This document shows positions 12,221-25,135 of a DNA stretch of 64,000 nt, one piece after another. Below the pieces are notes generated by a model. The model was not told the DNA's origin and did no database searches. It saw only the letters and a program-made list of their open reading frames with translations. Location of the stretch: the NCBI GenBank assembly GCA_038087875.1, contig CM075988.1:9302001-9366000 (forward strand). Reading direction: 5' to 3'. How positions within the stretch are numbered: the stretch's first letter is position 1; each line of letters opens with the position of its first letter. The translations under genes were made by a program, and so were the position numbers. This DNA comes from Malacoraja senta (Eukaryota).

Positions 12221-12387
12221 GTCGGTAGCAAAGATCCTGTAGGATCTTTGGTCAGTAGATGCAGCTCACGCTTTGGTCGAGGCTTTCCTGGCGATTGACC
12301 AAAACCTCTGGCGACTCATGGAAACCTTGAGTGGGGCGCAAGGTCACCAGAGGTTTCCGTGCAGTTTTCCTAAGTGGGACAGGGGCA
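11608..12387. mobile_element. PIF/Harbinger-type MITE inserted in a SINE head
   Basis: ~70-bp TIR TGCCCCTGTCCCACTTAGGAAA...; TTA at 11605-11607 and 12388-12390; extra partial TIR at 11590-11604. Confidence 0.85.
12229..12250. mobile_element. 22-bp palindromic TIR remnant with 8-bp TSD
   Basis: CAAAGATCCTG-TAGGATCTTTG flanked by GTCGGTAG / GTCAGTAG. Confidence 0.7.
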
Positions 12388-13304
12388 TTACTGTGCCAGA
12401 GACCTGGGTTTGATCCTGGCTATGGGAGCTGTCTGTATGGAGTTTGTGACCACGTGGGTTTTCCCCGAGATCTTCGGTTTCCTCCCACACTCTAAAGACG
12501 TACAGGTTTGTAAGTTAATTGGATTGGTATAAATGTAAATTGTCCCTAGTGTGCAGGATAGTGTTAGTGTGCGGGGATCACTGGTTGGCGCGGACATGGT
12601 GGGCCGAAGGAACTGTTTCCACGCTGCATCTCTAAGGTGAATTAATCTAAACTAAACATTTAAAAGGCAGGATTAGGAAAGGTTAAGAGGGATATGGTTG
12701 GCATGGGTAGGTTGGTTTTTTTTGGGTACCCACGCACATCTCCTTTAAAATTCTCTCCAGTCACCTGCCCTCTAGTCTTTGACATTTCCATCCTGGGAAA
12801 AAGATTCTGACTATCTACCGTATCTATGCCTCTCAGTTCCTCAAATATAAACAATAACATTCCATAGCTTTCCTCATTATTTACTGTTACCTGTACTCTT
12901 TGAGTAACATTCATTAGCAACCTTGATTCCTCTGCATCTCAGAGTTCTGTAGCCAGAGGTTTTGGTCAATCGCCGGGAAAGCCTCGACCGAAGCGTGAGC
13001 TGCATCTACTGACCAAAGATCCTGCAGGATCTTTGCTACCGACCGCACACACACACAAGCAACAGACAAGATACATTTATTGTCACATGCACCAATTGGT
13101 ACAGTGACATTTGTGGTATCTCTTACCATTGAAATAAGATCCTGCTAGACTGGACAAAGGCACCTTTTCTCCAATACGACACGCCTTTTGAAAGATTTTT
13201 GCCTCCTCACTTAACTATAAGTATTTAGTTGTATCATCCATATACTCCATTCCATCAGGCACTGATATAAATCTGTAAGACTGAAGATAAAGATCAAATG
13301 TTAT

Positions 13305-13366
13305 TCTTCTCGTGTCGTCGGCTGTGGGTTTACAGGACCCTGCAGAGAACGGGTTTTTGTGGTTAA
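13305..13366 (-). mobile_element. 5'-truncated retroposon 3' tip (Vingi/RTE-like tail)
   Basis: 9-bp direct repeat AAATGTTAT at 13296-13304 and 13367-13375; minus-strand end ...GACACGAGAAGA. Confidence 0.5.
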
Positions 13367-14461
13367 AAATGTTATGCATGTAATAAGCTCATCTGGCTGA
13401 TCGAGACATAATAGAATAGCTGCTGCTACAGCACATATCTCCATTACCATTACAATTAAGAGAATGAAGAGGTGAACCAGAAGGACATTGATCTTCTCTT
13501 GTTTAGTCCTTTCCATCTTACTAATCGTCACAGCTCGGCATAATCAATCCCTGAAATTCTGCTCTTAATATTCAAAAGCCATTGCAGAAATCCTATTGTT
13601 AATTGGTATGCATTGATTGCTGCACAGATGCTAAAACTCTGGCGCCACTAACGGCTAGTGCCTACAGAAGTATACAGCGTCAAGGTCAGGAATCTAGGAG
13701 AAAGCTAGACTAAAGAAACGTTACATTATTAATCATCAAGTCCTCTGGGTATTCAGTGACCCTAAATCTAACCTGAAGATATTCGAGAGCACAGTGGCAC
13801 AGCTGGTAGAGCTGCTGCCTCACAGCGTCAGAGACCCGGGTTTGATTCTGAATTCGGGTGTTGTCTGTGGGGTTTGCACTTTCTCCCTTTGGCCATGTTA
13901 GTTTCCTCCGGGTGCTCCGGTTTCCTGCCACATCCCAAAGTTGTGCGGGTTTGTAGGTTAACTGGCCTTTGCAAATTGCCCCTAGTGTGCAGGGAGTGAA
14001 TGAGAAAGTGGGATTAAATGGAACTGGTGTGAATGGGAGTTCGATGGTGGGTGTGGACTCTGTGGACCGAAGGGCTTGCATCCATGCTGTATCTCTAAAC
14101 TAAACTTTTATAGTTATTGGTATTGATATTGACTTATTATTGTCACTTGTACCGAGTGAAAGTGAAAACACTTTTTTTTAACATGTTATTCAGGCAGGTA
14201 ATGTACAATACATGAGCTTGTATATGGTTTGAGCTGCAGACAAAGTGTTGAGACAGGTGCGATAACAACTTTTAAAAGCCATTTGGACAGGTAGATGAAT
14301 AGGAAATGTTTAACAGTTGAGAGGGTCAAACGCAGGAAGATGATCCTGCTGAGTTGCTTCCAAGGCCATTTCAGAGGTCTACTCAACGTTGGCTACAAAG
14401 CTCTGTGCGTAGAGTAACGGAATGGCCACAGCAGCCAAAGATAGAGGATCTCCTTTACTTA

Positions 14462-15809
14462 AGCGCCTGTCCAACTTTCACAACCTAAATCACGACCTCT
14501 GACGACCTTAAACGACCTAAAAAAAAAATCAAGGTCGTGGTACCCTACGACCTCCTACGACCATCCACGACTATGTCTATGACTTTTTACGACTATGAAG
14601 AAGACCTCCTTCGACTCCTTCGACTATGTTGAAGACTGACTTCGACATTGTACGTTTTACTGCTGTTTGCAGTAGCCCTTTTGCTTCAGCAGCCTTTTAA
14701 GAAAGGCAGAAGGTGAAAAACAAGGGTGAAGAGGAAGCACAAGAAGAGGTCTCAATGGGTGAATGGAGATAATGTGATGGACAGTCCCAGTACACCAGAT
14801 GACTAGAAGAGAGTGGCACTGGGCTTTGACAAAAGATAGAACTTTAAGCACACATATGGGGCAGTGGATGGCAAGCATGCCATTCTTGTCCCTGTCCCTG
14901 TACCTCACATTTTCCTTTTTGTACAGGATGGCATTCTGCTGGAACCATTCCTCAAGGTCCCCCACCTGCTGCCTGGTGAAGGTGTAGGGCATAACCTTCC
15001 TCCAGCCCTCCCTCACAACCAATGGGGCATCTGCCTCTGATGCTGTGTCAAACACAGGAGAAAGGGCTGCAAGTCAAATTCCTATCAACTTGTTGACATG
15101 GCAATAAACTTCTTGAATCTTGAATCTTGAATCTTTGCTGCCTTCAAATGAGGTAGTGAAGGATGGGGTGGTGGTGGGGACATATACTGCCACCCTGGTC
15201 TCCTCCTCCAGGGGTCTCTCATGCAGGTCTACCTCCCCCTGCACTATCACCTCCTGTGGCATCACCTCCTGCCACTCCTCTTCTTGGGTGGGCAACACCT
15301 GCATGGCTGTTTTTTTTATGGTTGTGCCCATCCCCTGCGCTGCTGCCTTTTTGGTGCCATCTCTAAAACACAATTCTCCTCTCCAAAAAACTTCCAGCTA
15401 TGAATGAACATGTCTTGGAGTGACAGAGGTGATGTTCTGCTGTTTAAATAACCTTTTTTTTCTACTGACTTTTTTTTCACCCCGGAGCTATTACCTTTGA
15501 CTGCGTCCGACCACCTACGACTACCTACGACTAGCATCACGACCTACTTCGACCTACCTACGACCTACCTACGAGTAAAAAGTATCGATTTTTTCCATGC
15601 CAACCTTTTTTTTACTCATAAACATTTTTTATCAGGCTAGAAAAACGCCGCGACCTACTTGATGCCAAGAGTACCTACGACTAGCATCACGACCTGCTAC
15701 GACCTACCTACGACCTACCTACGACCTTGTGGCGACTATGCTGCGAGTATGAGCCAAGGGCAAACACGGCAGGGGTCGTGAATTAGGTCGTGAAAGTGGG
15801 ACAGCGACT
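14462..15809 (-). mobile_element. Non-autonomous PIF/Harbinger transposon with Myb/MADF-like ORF remnant
   Basis: ~40-bp imperfect TIR ..CTGTCCCACTTTCACGACCTAATTCACGAC; TTA TSD at 14459-14461 and 15810-15812; subterminal (CTACGAC)n; peptide FTRQQVGDLEEWFQQNAILYKKENVRYRDRDK. Confidence 0.85.
15071..15133 (+). mobile_element. Short Rex/Babar-type LINE 3' tip inserted in the Harbinger element
   Basis: Absent from the duplicate at ~8257; ends GCAATAAA plus (CTTGAAT)n. Confidence 0.75.
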
Positions 15810-18012
15810 TTACGCATAAAGAGTGAAGTGGATATGTTTTTATGACAACTTAGTTTGTTGATTGTCAACATTTTATTTAATATTTATTTATTTAACTGAG
15901 TTTAAATGTCCATCTGTGTAGGAAGGAACTGTAGATGCTAGTTTACACTGAAGATGGATACAAAATGCTCGACTAATTCCTTTTCTCAAGAGATGCTGCC
16001 TGAGCCGTTGTCTTAAATTTCCAATTGTTAGTTTCTCTGTATTAGTAATCTTGTTCTACGTATTACCAAACTAGAAGGAGAACCATGATTCTAAATACCC
16101 ATGTAAATTAATTGATTACTTTTTTACCATTTCAATTTAATAAATACAGGCAGTGAACATGGTTGAGTCAAGTCCATCTGTAATGGTCACTTCAGATTGT
16201 ATTGCGAGATAATTACTCTTTGATTAACATGCCTAGATTTAATAATGAAATGATGTTGACATGAATAAGACACAGTTAGCATTGTCTAAGTCTGACCAGC
16301 ATTTGCTGATGGCAGGTATTGCATCATGAGCTTACATTAAAATCTTTTGCCATTTCCTCCTGAAATCTTAATGCAAATTTAAATTTAATCCATGAATGAA
16401 AAAAAAAGAATTTTTCGATGGCGGTTTATGAAATTTGTGGCATGGACTGATAGTTATGTGACATTTATGCAATCATACTGCAGAACTATTTTTTACTGTT
16501 ATTGACAATCAAATGATTTCCAGAGATTGATCTGTGGCAGATTTATTTCATATGAGAAATCTTGTACACATGAGACAACAAAAGCTATAAAATATGTTAC
16601 AAATTCTATCTGAAATGGTCGAAAGATTTCACGTCATCCACAGTTAAAATAATGGAAATGTCTCGTATAAAATGGTTTACTGCATTGTTTAATGACCTAT
16701 TGAATTGAAGCCTTCTCAACAAATGCTAATGAACACAAGATCTATCACTGTGCATACCTCACTCAAATCGTTCGTTGACCTGTTCTTCCCAAGATGCCTT
16801 CTTAATTACCTTCATATCATTTAACTCAAAGCTTTTTATTTTTTCTACATAATTTATCATCCAGCCAGACCTGTACAGTTTGCTGTCTTCATGATTTCAA
16901 ACAGGAGGAAAAAAACAAAAGCCTCAATGAAGAATAATTTATGACTAACTAGATCCTGCATGAAGTATTGGACTCCTAAATCAATTCTAAACTTTCAAGT
17001 TCACAAGATCTCTTGTCTCAAGTTCTAGCTTTCTACTTCCCCCAATTATAATAATTCCTCCCTGTCTTATCCTCTCTGCTTCATTTACTAATAGGCTGCT
17101 TAAAACCTACCACTTTGACAAAGCTTTTGGCCATCCTTCCTAATACATGCTTTTGGGTTCGGTATCAGATGTTGTGTGCTCATATTCCATTTGAACATTT
17201 CACACTTTTAAAAAGCTGAACTGACACCAGTTGCAGCTGCTGAAGGTGCTGATTTGGGGACGGACTTGCTCTTCAGAGGTGAGAAGAAACAAACTATTCT
17301 CAGCCTATTCAAGATTCTACTCGATAAATGGGGTCCCCTCATTAAATACCATGTTTGTTAACCTTCAGGAGATTTGCCTGCTAAACACAAACTTCCTGAC
17401 AGCAGCCTCCTTCATTAACACACTTGAGAAACAGAATTTTCTGATTGAGTATCTTACATCCCAATGGTATGAGGCAACTAACTAACTAACTAAACCACCC
17501 CCCCCCCCCCCCCGCTTTCTTCCCTGTGCCCCGCCTGGACACGCACCCATTTCTCCCCTTTCCTCTCGCATCTCAACTATATTCCTTCTTCTGGCTTCAC
17601 AATTCTAACCTCCTCTATCCTTGTCTCATACCTTTTGTCCTGTCATCCCTAGCCAGTGTCCAATCATCTGCCTATTAAACCAACCCTCCCCTCCCGCATC
17701 TATATCCACCCATGACTCTCCAGGCTTGTATCCTTCCCCACCTCGCTTCCAGTTTTCTCCCCTCCCTCCCGCCACCACAATCAGCCTGAAGAAAGGCCCC
17801 GTCCCGAAACATACCAATCCATGTTTTCCGGAGATGCCGCCCATTTACCCCAGGAAGTTGTGTCTTTTTTTTGCAAACGAACACCTGCAGTTCCTTATCT
17901 ACATCTGAAATATCAGAACATCAATGAACATGAATTATACTTTATTGTCTGTTGTTCCTAGGGTACCTCGGTACAAAGAAATGCATTGTTTTGCAGACAA
18001 CCTAGGCAGCAC

Positions 18013-18046
18013 CAAAGATACTAGAGGAGCTCCTCTAGTATCTTTG
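18013..18046. mobile_element. Perfect 34-bp palindrome (17+17) with 8-bp TSD; candidate P-element excision footprint
   Basis: GGCAGCAC-CAAAGATACTAGAGGAG|CTCCTCTAGTATCTTTG-GGCAGCAC. Confidence 0.75.
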
Positions 18047-18112
18047 GGCAGCACACAATGTTGCCACGTGTGAGGTGCAGACAAAGTTACAAAGTACCGA
18101 ATTATCTTTGTA

Positions 18113-18649
18113 CAGATGCTCCTCGACTTACGATGCTTCGACTTACGATATTTCGACTTTATGACAGTGCAAAAGCGATACACATTCAGTAGAAACCGTA
18201 CTTCGAATTTTGGATTTTGATTCAAAATCCGGAGCGTACATACATTCATCAAGAGTCCAGGATTCAAGGCATGCAAAGACCGTGTAACGCTGCTTTTGGG
18301 TGAAAATGTTGCAGGGTTCAAATTAAAGCCTTTACCAATCTACCACTCGGAGAACCCTGGAGCATGGAAGAATGTGAGCAAGCATATGCTTCCCGCTTAT
18401 TATCGCATAACAAGAAAACCTGGATGACATTAGCATTGTTTGAAGACTGGTTTCCAAACTGTTTTATTCTGCAGGCAAGAGAATATTGTAGGCAAAACAA
18501 CATAACATTCAAAATTCTTCTGATCCTGGATAATGCTCCAGGCCATCCGCAGCATGTTTGGTAGGTTAGGTGTATTAATTGCATTTTCGACTTACGATAT
18601 TTATTGGGTTTATTGGAACGTAATCCCATCGTAGGTTGAGGAGCACCTG
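18113..18649 (+). mobile_element. Internally deleted Tigger/pogo transposon (Tigger5/MER47-like ends)
   Basis: TIR CAGATGCTCCTCGACTTACGATG; TA TSDs at 18111-18112 and 18650-18651; DDE fragment KDRVTLLLG..WMTLALFEDWF..ILLILDNAPGHP. Confidence 0.92.
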
Positions 18650-21103
18650 TACTGGGAAAGGCCCAGCCAGCTCCTAGAACTGTCATTGATCAAGTACGGT
18701 AACTGGTGTCTATTGCGGTTTTCACTGAAAGATCAAGATTATTTATTTTCAGAGCCATTTCATTTGTTATGTCTAAAATGTTTAATAAGATCAGATATAC
18801 AGTAGCTTGATATGAAATAAAAACCAATAGAAGGTTGCAATGTTATTCACTTCTCTTTTCAACTCTGCAGTATTTTCTAAAAATAATAAATCCAGGGAAC
18901 TTTATGACAGAGGATGACACCACTCGGCCCATCTGGCTTGTGCAAGCAAGTCAAAAGATGTGCCAATTAGTTCCATAATTTTATCATGGTCCCTGGAATC
19001 TCTTTTTCAAGTATGATATAATGTTCTTTTTTGAAATTAAAGTTGAATTTCCCGCCCATCCAAATAACTGTCTGAGCACATGGCCAATAAAACAAGCTCC
19101 TGCAAAAAGCAAACCATTTTATTGCCAGCTAACCCACCACCCAATATGTTTATCCCCCCCTCCCACTGTTGCTGCAGTGGGTGCCATCTACAAATATAAA
19201 GTTAGCCAGGCACAATTGATAGGATAACTCCTAATAATTTCCATTTCTGAGTTATGCATTCAATATTTTGTTAAAAGGACTAGAAAGGAAGGATTGAACC
19301 ATGGCAGATAATAAATGAAGAAGTCATTGGAAGAACTAGACTACTGGTTGTTGTTGTGGAGTTGCTGATGGTGTTGGGACATGGAGATGAGAATCTGACA
19401 GATTTTAATAGCTTCAATTAATTGCAGCATCTTTCCAGCTCGGCGGGTTTATAATCCAGCATCTCCATCACAATGATTTATAGAGCAATTTGCTTCTAAA
19501 CTTGCAAACTATCTCTTCCTAAAATAGGTTCTTCAATTTAAGTCACACCAGCCTTGTGGAAACATCACTTTTTAAGTTTAAAAAAAACCCTATACATTTG
19601 TTAAAACTTTCTTTAATTTGCTGAAAATAATGAACCTGGGGATAACTAAATGAGCTTGACGATTACCTGACTGGTTATACCTGTCCTAAGACTGGAGTTA
19701 GGGTGCTAACTTTGCAAGGTCAAATAAAACATATCCTACCAAAACAGAAAAATAAAACTTGAATTTACAACATTGAGACATGGAAGTGCATAACAGTCTA
19801 ATTTTAACTGTCTAACTCTTGTCAATCTGCTCATATTAAGTTGCCTGATGAATTAGTGTTCATATCAGATTATTTAACGATTTGGTAACATCATAGATCA
19901 AAAATCCAGTGCATATCTGAGAGATTTCTGGGAGCTATGAGTGTTGAATTAGTTTCATTTTTATTGTCTAATACATGTGAGCTCATTTTGTAGCATGTGC
20001 TGTTTGGAGCCATTTTTATTTTTCTCATATTACCTTACCAAATAGAACAAGACCATTTGGCTAGGCCAGTTCCCTGAACATTCCCATCAGCCGTATTCTC
20101 CCACTGTAAACAATTTCTCCCACAAAATCCTCCAACTTGATTTTCCTGTCACCTAGATTGAGGCAATTTACAGTATCTCATCCTGTCCAGATATGGACAG
20201 GACTTTGTGCCTCCCCCCACAGTGGGATCCATTGTGGGGGGATGTTTTTATGTTTTATGTTAAATTTCTTTAATGTTGTGTCTATTTGTGCTGCATGGCA
20301 AAAACAAATTTCACTACACCATTTGGTGTATGTGACAATAAATGTCCTTTGTCCTTTGTCTTTGTGATATATAAAGGAACCTGAGCATTGAAGGATACCT
20401 ACATGATCGCAGAAAGAAAGTGAAAGCCTGAACAGAGAACACCAGATGTCAGGATCAAACCTGAGTCGGTCTATAGAAGGGTCTCGACCTGAAACATCAC
20501 CCATTCCTTCTCTCCAGAGATGCTGCCAGTCCCGCTGAGTTTCTCCAGCATTTTGTGTCTATCTTCAGTTTAAACCAGCATCTACAGTTCCTTCCTACAC
20601 ACTCACTGGTCCTCCTGTTCCTTTCAATTTCGGTGGTGGTATCAAGTCCAATGGGATGAGGAGGGGTGTTGCTAGTTGTAGAGAATGAATCAAATGCCAT
20701 CTCATCATGCAACTTGCATCAAATTTGTCTGCCTCTTATGGGAAATCATCCCTCAGAGGTGTCCTTGACAATTATTGTATTCATTCTGTCTTTCACAGTC
20801 CCAGGAATTTCTTTTTCAGGTATTATTTATCTTCTTTTTTGAAATGAACATTGAATTTAGCACCCATCCAGATCACCATATGAGTACAGGTCCAATAAAC
20901 ATGCTCCTGCAAAAAGCAATCCATTTTACTGACAGCTAACCCACCATCCAAGATGTTTATTCCCTCTCCTACTGGGGCAGTGGGTACCATCTACACAATG
21001 CACTGTGGTTGTATACCTAGACTACAATGACGGTATCTCCTGAAGCTGCCGCCAAGAGCTATAGAGAGTTAAGCGAAATACAATGCAGAAACAAGCCCCT
21101 TTG

Positions 21104-24054
21104 TAATAGTAATAGTAATTTTATTGTCAATTCAAATAATGTAACGAGTAGTTACACAGAGGATTGAAATTGCGTTTCTCCATACTCCAATGTGCAAGTA
21201 ATATTTATAACACAGACAGACAGTGTACCAATAAAAATAGACAATGGACATATACATTATATAAAATATTCATTAATAAAAGGTGCAATATAGAAAAGTG
21301 CAAGTAGCATACTGCAGACATTGGGTTAAAGTTAATTTGACAGTCAGTTGGTCTTTGTGTAATGTTCATGGAATTTTCTTGAGTGTGTTGAGTAGTCTGA
21401 TGGCCTGAGGGAAAAAGCTGTTTTTGAATCTTGTGGTTTTGCTCTGCATGCTGCGGTAGCGCTTGCCGGATGGTAGGAGGGTGAACAGTTTGTGTGCTGG
21501 GTGGGTGGTGTCTTTGATGATATTGGTTGCTCTCTTGCAACAGCGAGATGGGTATATGTCTTGAATAGCTGGTTGAGATGATCTAGTGATCTTCTCCGTT
21601 GTCCTCACCACTCTCTGAGGGCCTTCTGGTCAGCAGCAGAGCAACTGCCATACCAGACTGAGAGACTGCTGGTAAGAATGCTCTCAATGGCACCCCTGTA
21701 AAAAGTTGTGAGGGCAGAAGGGGGGAGGTCGGCTCTCCTCATCCGTCGAAGGAAGTGGAGGCGTTGCTGTGCTTTCTTGACTAGGGAGATGGTGTTGGTG
21801 GACCATGTCTGATCATCTGTGATGTGTACTCCCAGGAACTTGGTGCTTTTCACAGACTCCACTGCACTGCCATTTATGGTGAGTGAGGTGTGTGCTGCCT
21901 GTTTCTTCCTGAAGTCCACAGTTATTTCTTTCGTTTTGTTGACATTGAGTTGAAGGTTATTGATGTCACACCAGTTGATGAGTTGTTGTACCTCCTCTCT
22001 GTAGGCTGAGTCGTCATCGTGGCTGATGAGGCCCACCACTGTTGTGTCATCTGCGAACTTGATGATGTGGTTCGAGTTATGTTTGGCACAACAGTCATGT
22101 GTCATCAGCGTGAACAACAGAGGGCTCAGCACACATCCCTGTGGGACCCCGGTGTTCATGATGGTGGTCTCTGATGAGTTTTGCCAACTCTTACTGTCTG
22201 TGGTCTGTCGGTGAGGAAGTCCAGTAACCAGTTGCATAGTGGGGTGCTGATGCCTATTTCGCCGAGTTTATTCACCAGGTGTTGGGGGATGACTGTGTTG
22301 AAGGCGGAGCTGAAATCGATGAACAGCAACCGCACGTAACTGTTATTGTTTTCCAGATGAGCCAGGCTTAGGTGGAGTACTGTTGTTATGGCATCATCAG
22401 TGGAACGGTTGGGACGGTATGCAAACTGGAATGGGTCAAGTGTAGAGGGGAGACTGGATGTTATGTGGGCCTTAACCAACCTTTCAAAGCACTTCATCAT
22501 GATGGACGTGAGTGCTATGGGCCGGTAGTCGTTCAGTGTTGAGGCTGGGGATTTCTTGGGTAGCGGTATGATGGTGGTGGCTTTGAAGCATGCTGGTATG
22601 ATGGCTTGGCTCAGAGAGGTGTTGTAGATGTCCGTGAGAACATCTGTGAGTTGGTCAGCACAGTCTCTGAGCACACGCCCCGGTATGTTGTCAGGACCTG
22701 CAGCTTTACTGGGGTTCACCTTGAGTAGGGTCCTCCGCACATCAGCTGGGTCCAGGTGAAGTGTTTCATGGTCTGGGCAGGGAGGGGCTTTTGTTGGTGT
22801 GGTGGTGTTGTCTTCCTCAAACCGGTTGAAGAAGGTGTTAAGTGTGTTGAGGAAGTCTATGTTGTCCTCGCATGGTGGAGGTGTTGGCCTGTAGCCGGTG
22901 ACAGACTGGATGCCTTGCCACAGGCGCTTGGGGTCCTTAGTGTCTGTGAAGTGTGCTTGAATTTTCTGTCCATAGACACGCTTGGCTGTTCTCACGCCCC
23001 GGTTCAAGTTGGCCCTAGCAGTACTAAGGGCGTCTTTGTCCCCGGACTTGAAAGTAGCATTCCGTGCTCTCAGGAGCTCACGTACCGCCCTGGTGAACCA
23101 GGGTTTGTTGTTGGCCCTCGTGGTGATGTTTTTGATGACGGTCACATCTTCCATGCATTTGAATATATATCCAGTCACAGATTCAGTGTATTCCGTCAAG
23201 TTGACATGATGGTTGGTAGTGGCAGCCTCCCTAAAAACGGTCCAATCTGTGCAGTCGAAACAGTCTTTGAGAGCTGAGGTGGCTCCCTCTGGCCATGCTC
23301 TGATCTGCTTCACAGACGGCTTGTTCCTGGTCAATAGAGGTCTGTAGGCTGGAATTAGCATAACAGAGAGGTGGTCTGAGTTCCCCAGGTGGGGATGGGG
23401 AGCAGCTCTGAATGCCTGTCTGATGTTGGTGTAGACTTGGTCGAGTATGTTATTTCCCCTGGTTGCAAAGTTCACATGTTTGTAATAATGTGGTAGTACT
23501 GTCTTCAGTTTGGCCTGATTGAAATCGCCAGCGATTATGTAGACAGAGTCCGGGTTAGAGTTCTGCATTGAGCTGATCGACTGATACAATGTAGACAGTG
23601 CGTCCTTTGTGTTTGCACTGGGTGGAATGTACACAGCTGTGATGTTGATGGCTGTGAATTCCCTTGGCATGTAGAATGGTCGGCATTTAATTGTCAGAAA
23701 TTCTATATCCTCAGAACAGTGGCTTGACACAGTTTTGGCATTTGTGCACCAGTTGTTATTGATGAAAATGCATACACCACCCCCCGAGATTTACCGCTGA
23801 GAGCATGACTCCTGTCCGCCCGGAATGACGTTAGTCCATCCAGCTGAATGGCGTTGTCCGAAACGGAGTTGTTGAGCCATGTCTCTGTGAGGATGATGGC
23901 GTTGCAGTCTCTGACCTTTCTTTGTGTAGTTAAATCCAGTCTAAGGTAGTCCATTTTATTTTCCAGCGAACGAACGTTGGATAGCAGAATAGAAGGAAGT
24001 GCAGGTCTGTAGGGGTTAGCTTTTAGCCTGGCGCTGATACCCGCTCGGCAGTTA
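21104..24054 (-). mobile_element. 5'-truncated Rex1/Babar LINE (APE endonuclease plus RT, frameshifted)
   Basis: NVRSLENKMD, ILTETWL, AGDFN, NDYRPIALT, IDFSSAFNT, GVPQGCVLSPLLF, KFADD; (TTACTA)n tail; possible TSD TTTG. Confidence 0.93.
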
Positions 24055-24209
24055 TTTGGCTGAGCCAGTCCACTCCTCACACAATTATAGTAAGAGTGAA
24101 TCAAGCAGAGATAAGGGTTGCAAGATGATGAGCAATCACTATTTGGGGGTAGGACCTAATTACTGTTAGAACAACTTGGTTGCTGCTTGAGTCTAAATAT
24201 TCCACAATT

Positions 24210-25135
24210 ATTTGGTCTCTATGAGGGGAATAGATAGGGTGAATGCACAGAATATTTTAACCAGGGTAGAGGAATCACAAACCAGCAAACATATATTTAA
24301 GGGGCGAGGGGAACATTTTAATCGGAACATGAGGGGCAACATTTTCACTCAGAATATGATGGGGAAATGGAACAAATTGCCTGGGGAGGTATTACAACAA
24401 CATTTCAAAGACACTCTGGCAGATATATGGATAGGAAGGTTTAGAGGGACATATAGACATAGAGGCATAAAGTGATACAATTGGAAACAGGCCCTTCAGC
24501 CCAACTTGCCCACACCAACCAACATGTCCCAGCTACACTAGTCCAACCTGCCAGCATTTGATCCATATCCCCCCAACCTGTCCTATCCATGTACCTGTCT
24601 AACTGATTCTTCAATGTGGGAATAGTCCCAGCCTCAACTACCTCCTCTGGCAGCTTGTTCCATACACCCACCACCCTTTGTGTGAAAAAGTTACCCCTCA
24701 GATTCCTATTAAATTTCTTCCTCTTCACCTTAAACTATAACATGGGCTAAAGAATGGGCTAAAGAAATTCCTCCTCATCTCCTTTCTAAATGTACATCCT
24801 TTTATTCTGAGACTATGCCCTCTGGTCCTAAACTCTCCCACACGTGGTAATATTCTCTCCTCACTCACTCTATCCAGACCTTCCACTATTCGGCAAGTTT
24901 CAATGAGCTACCCCCTCATCCTTCTAAACTCTAGTGAGTGCAGGCCCAGAGTCATCAAATACTCATTGTACGTTAAACCATTCACCCCAGGATCATTCTC
25001 ATGAAACTTCTTTGGACCATCTTCAATGCCAGCAATTCCCTCCTCAGATACGGGGTCCAAAACTGCTCACTATACTCCATATGTAGTCTGATCAGTGCCT
25101 TAAAAAGCTGCATTATTACATCCCTGCTTTTGTAT
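24210..25135. mobile_element. Cluster of old CR1 3' fragments in both orientations
   Basis: Peptides RGNFFTQRVVGVWNKLP and YSEQFWTPYLRR. Confidence 0.8.

Noticed and set aside
13301..13531. 76-aa ORF with a hydrophobic stretch, as a possible host exon
   Set aside because: Non-ATG start with a stop just upstream, its C-terminus comes from a small insertion, and no homology is recognised
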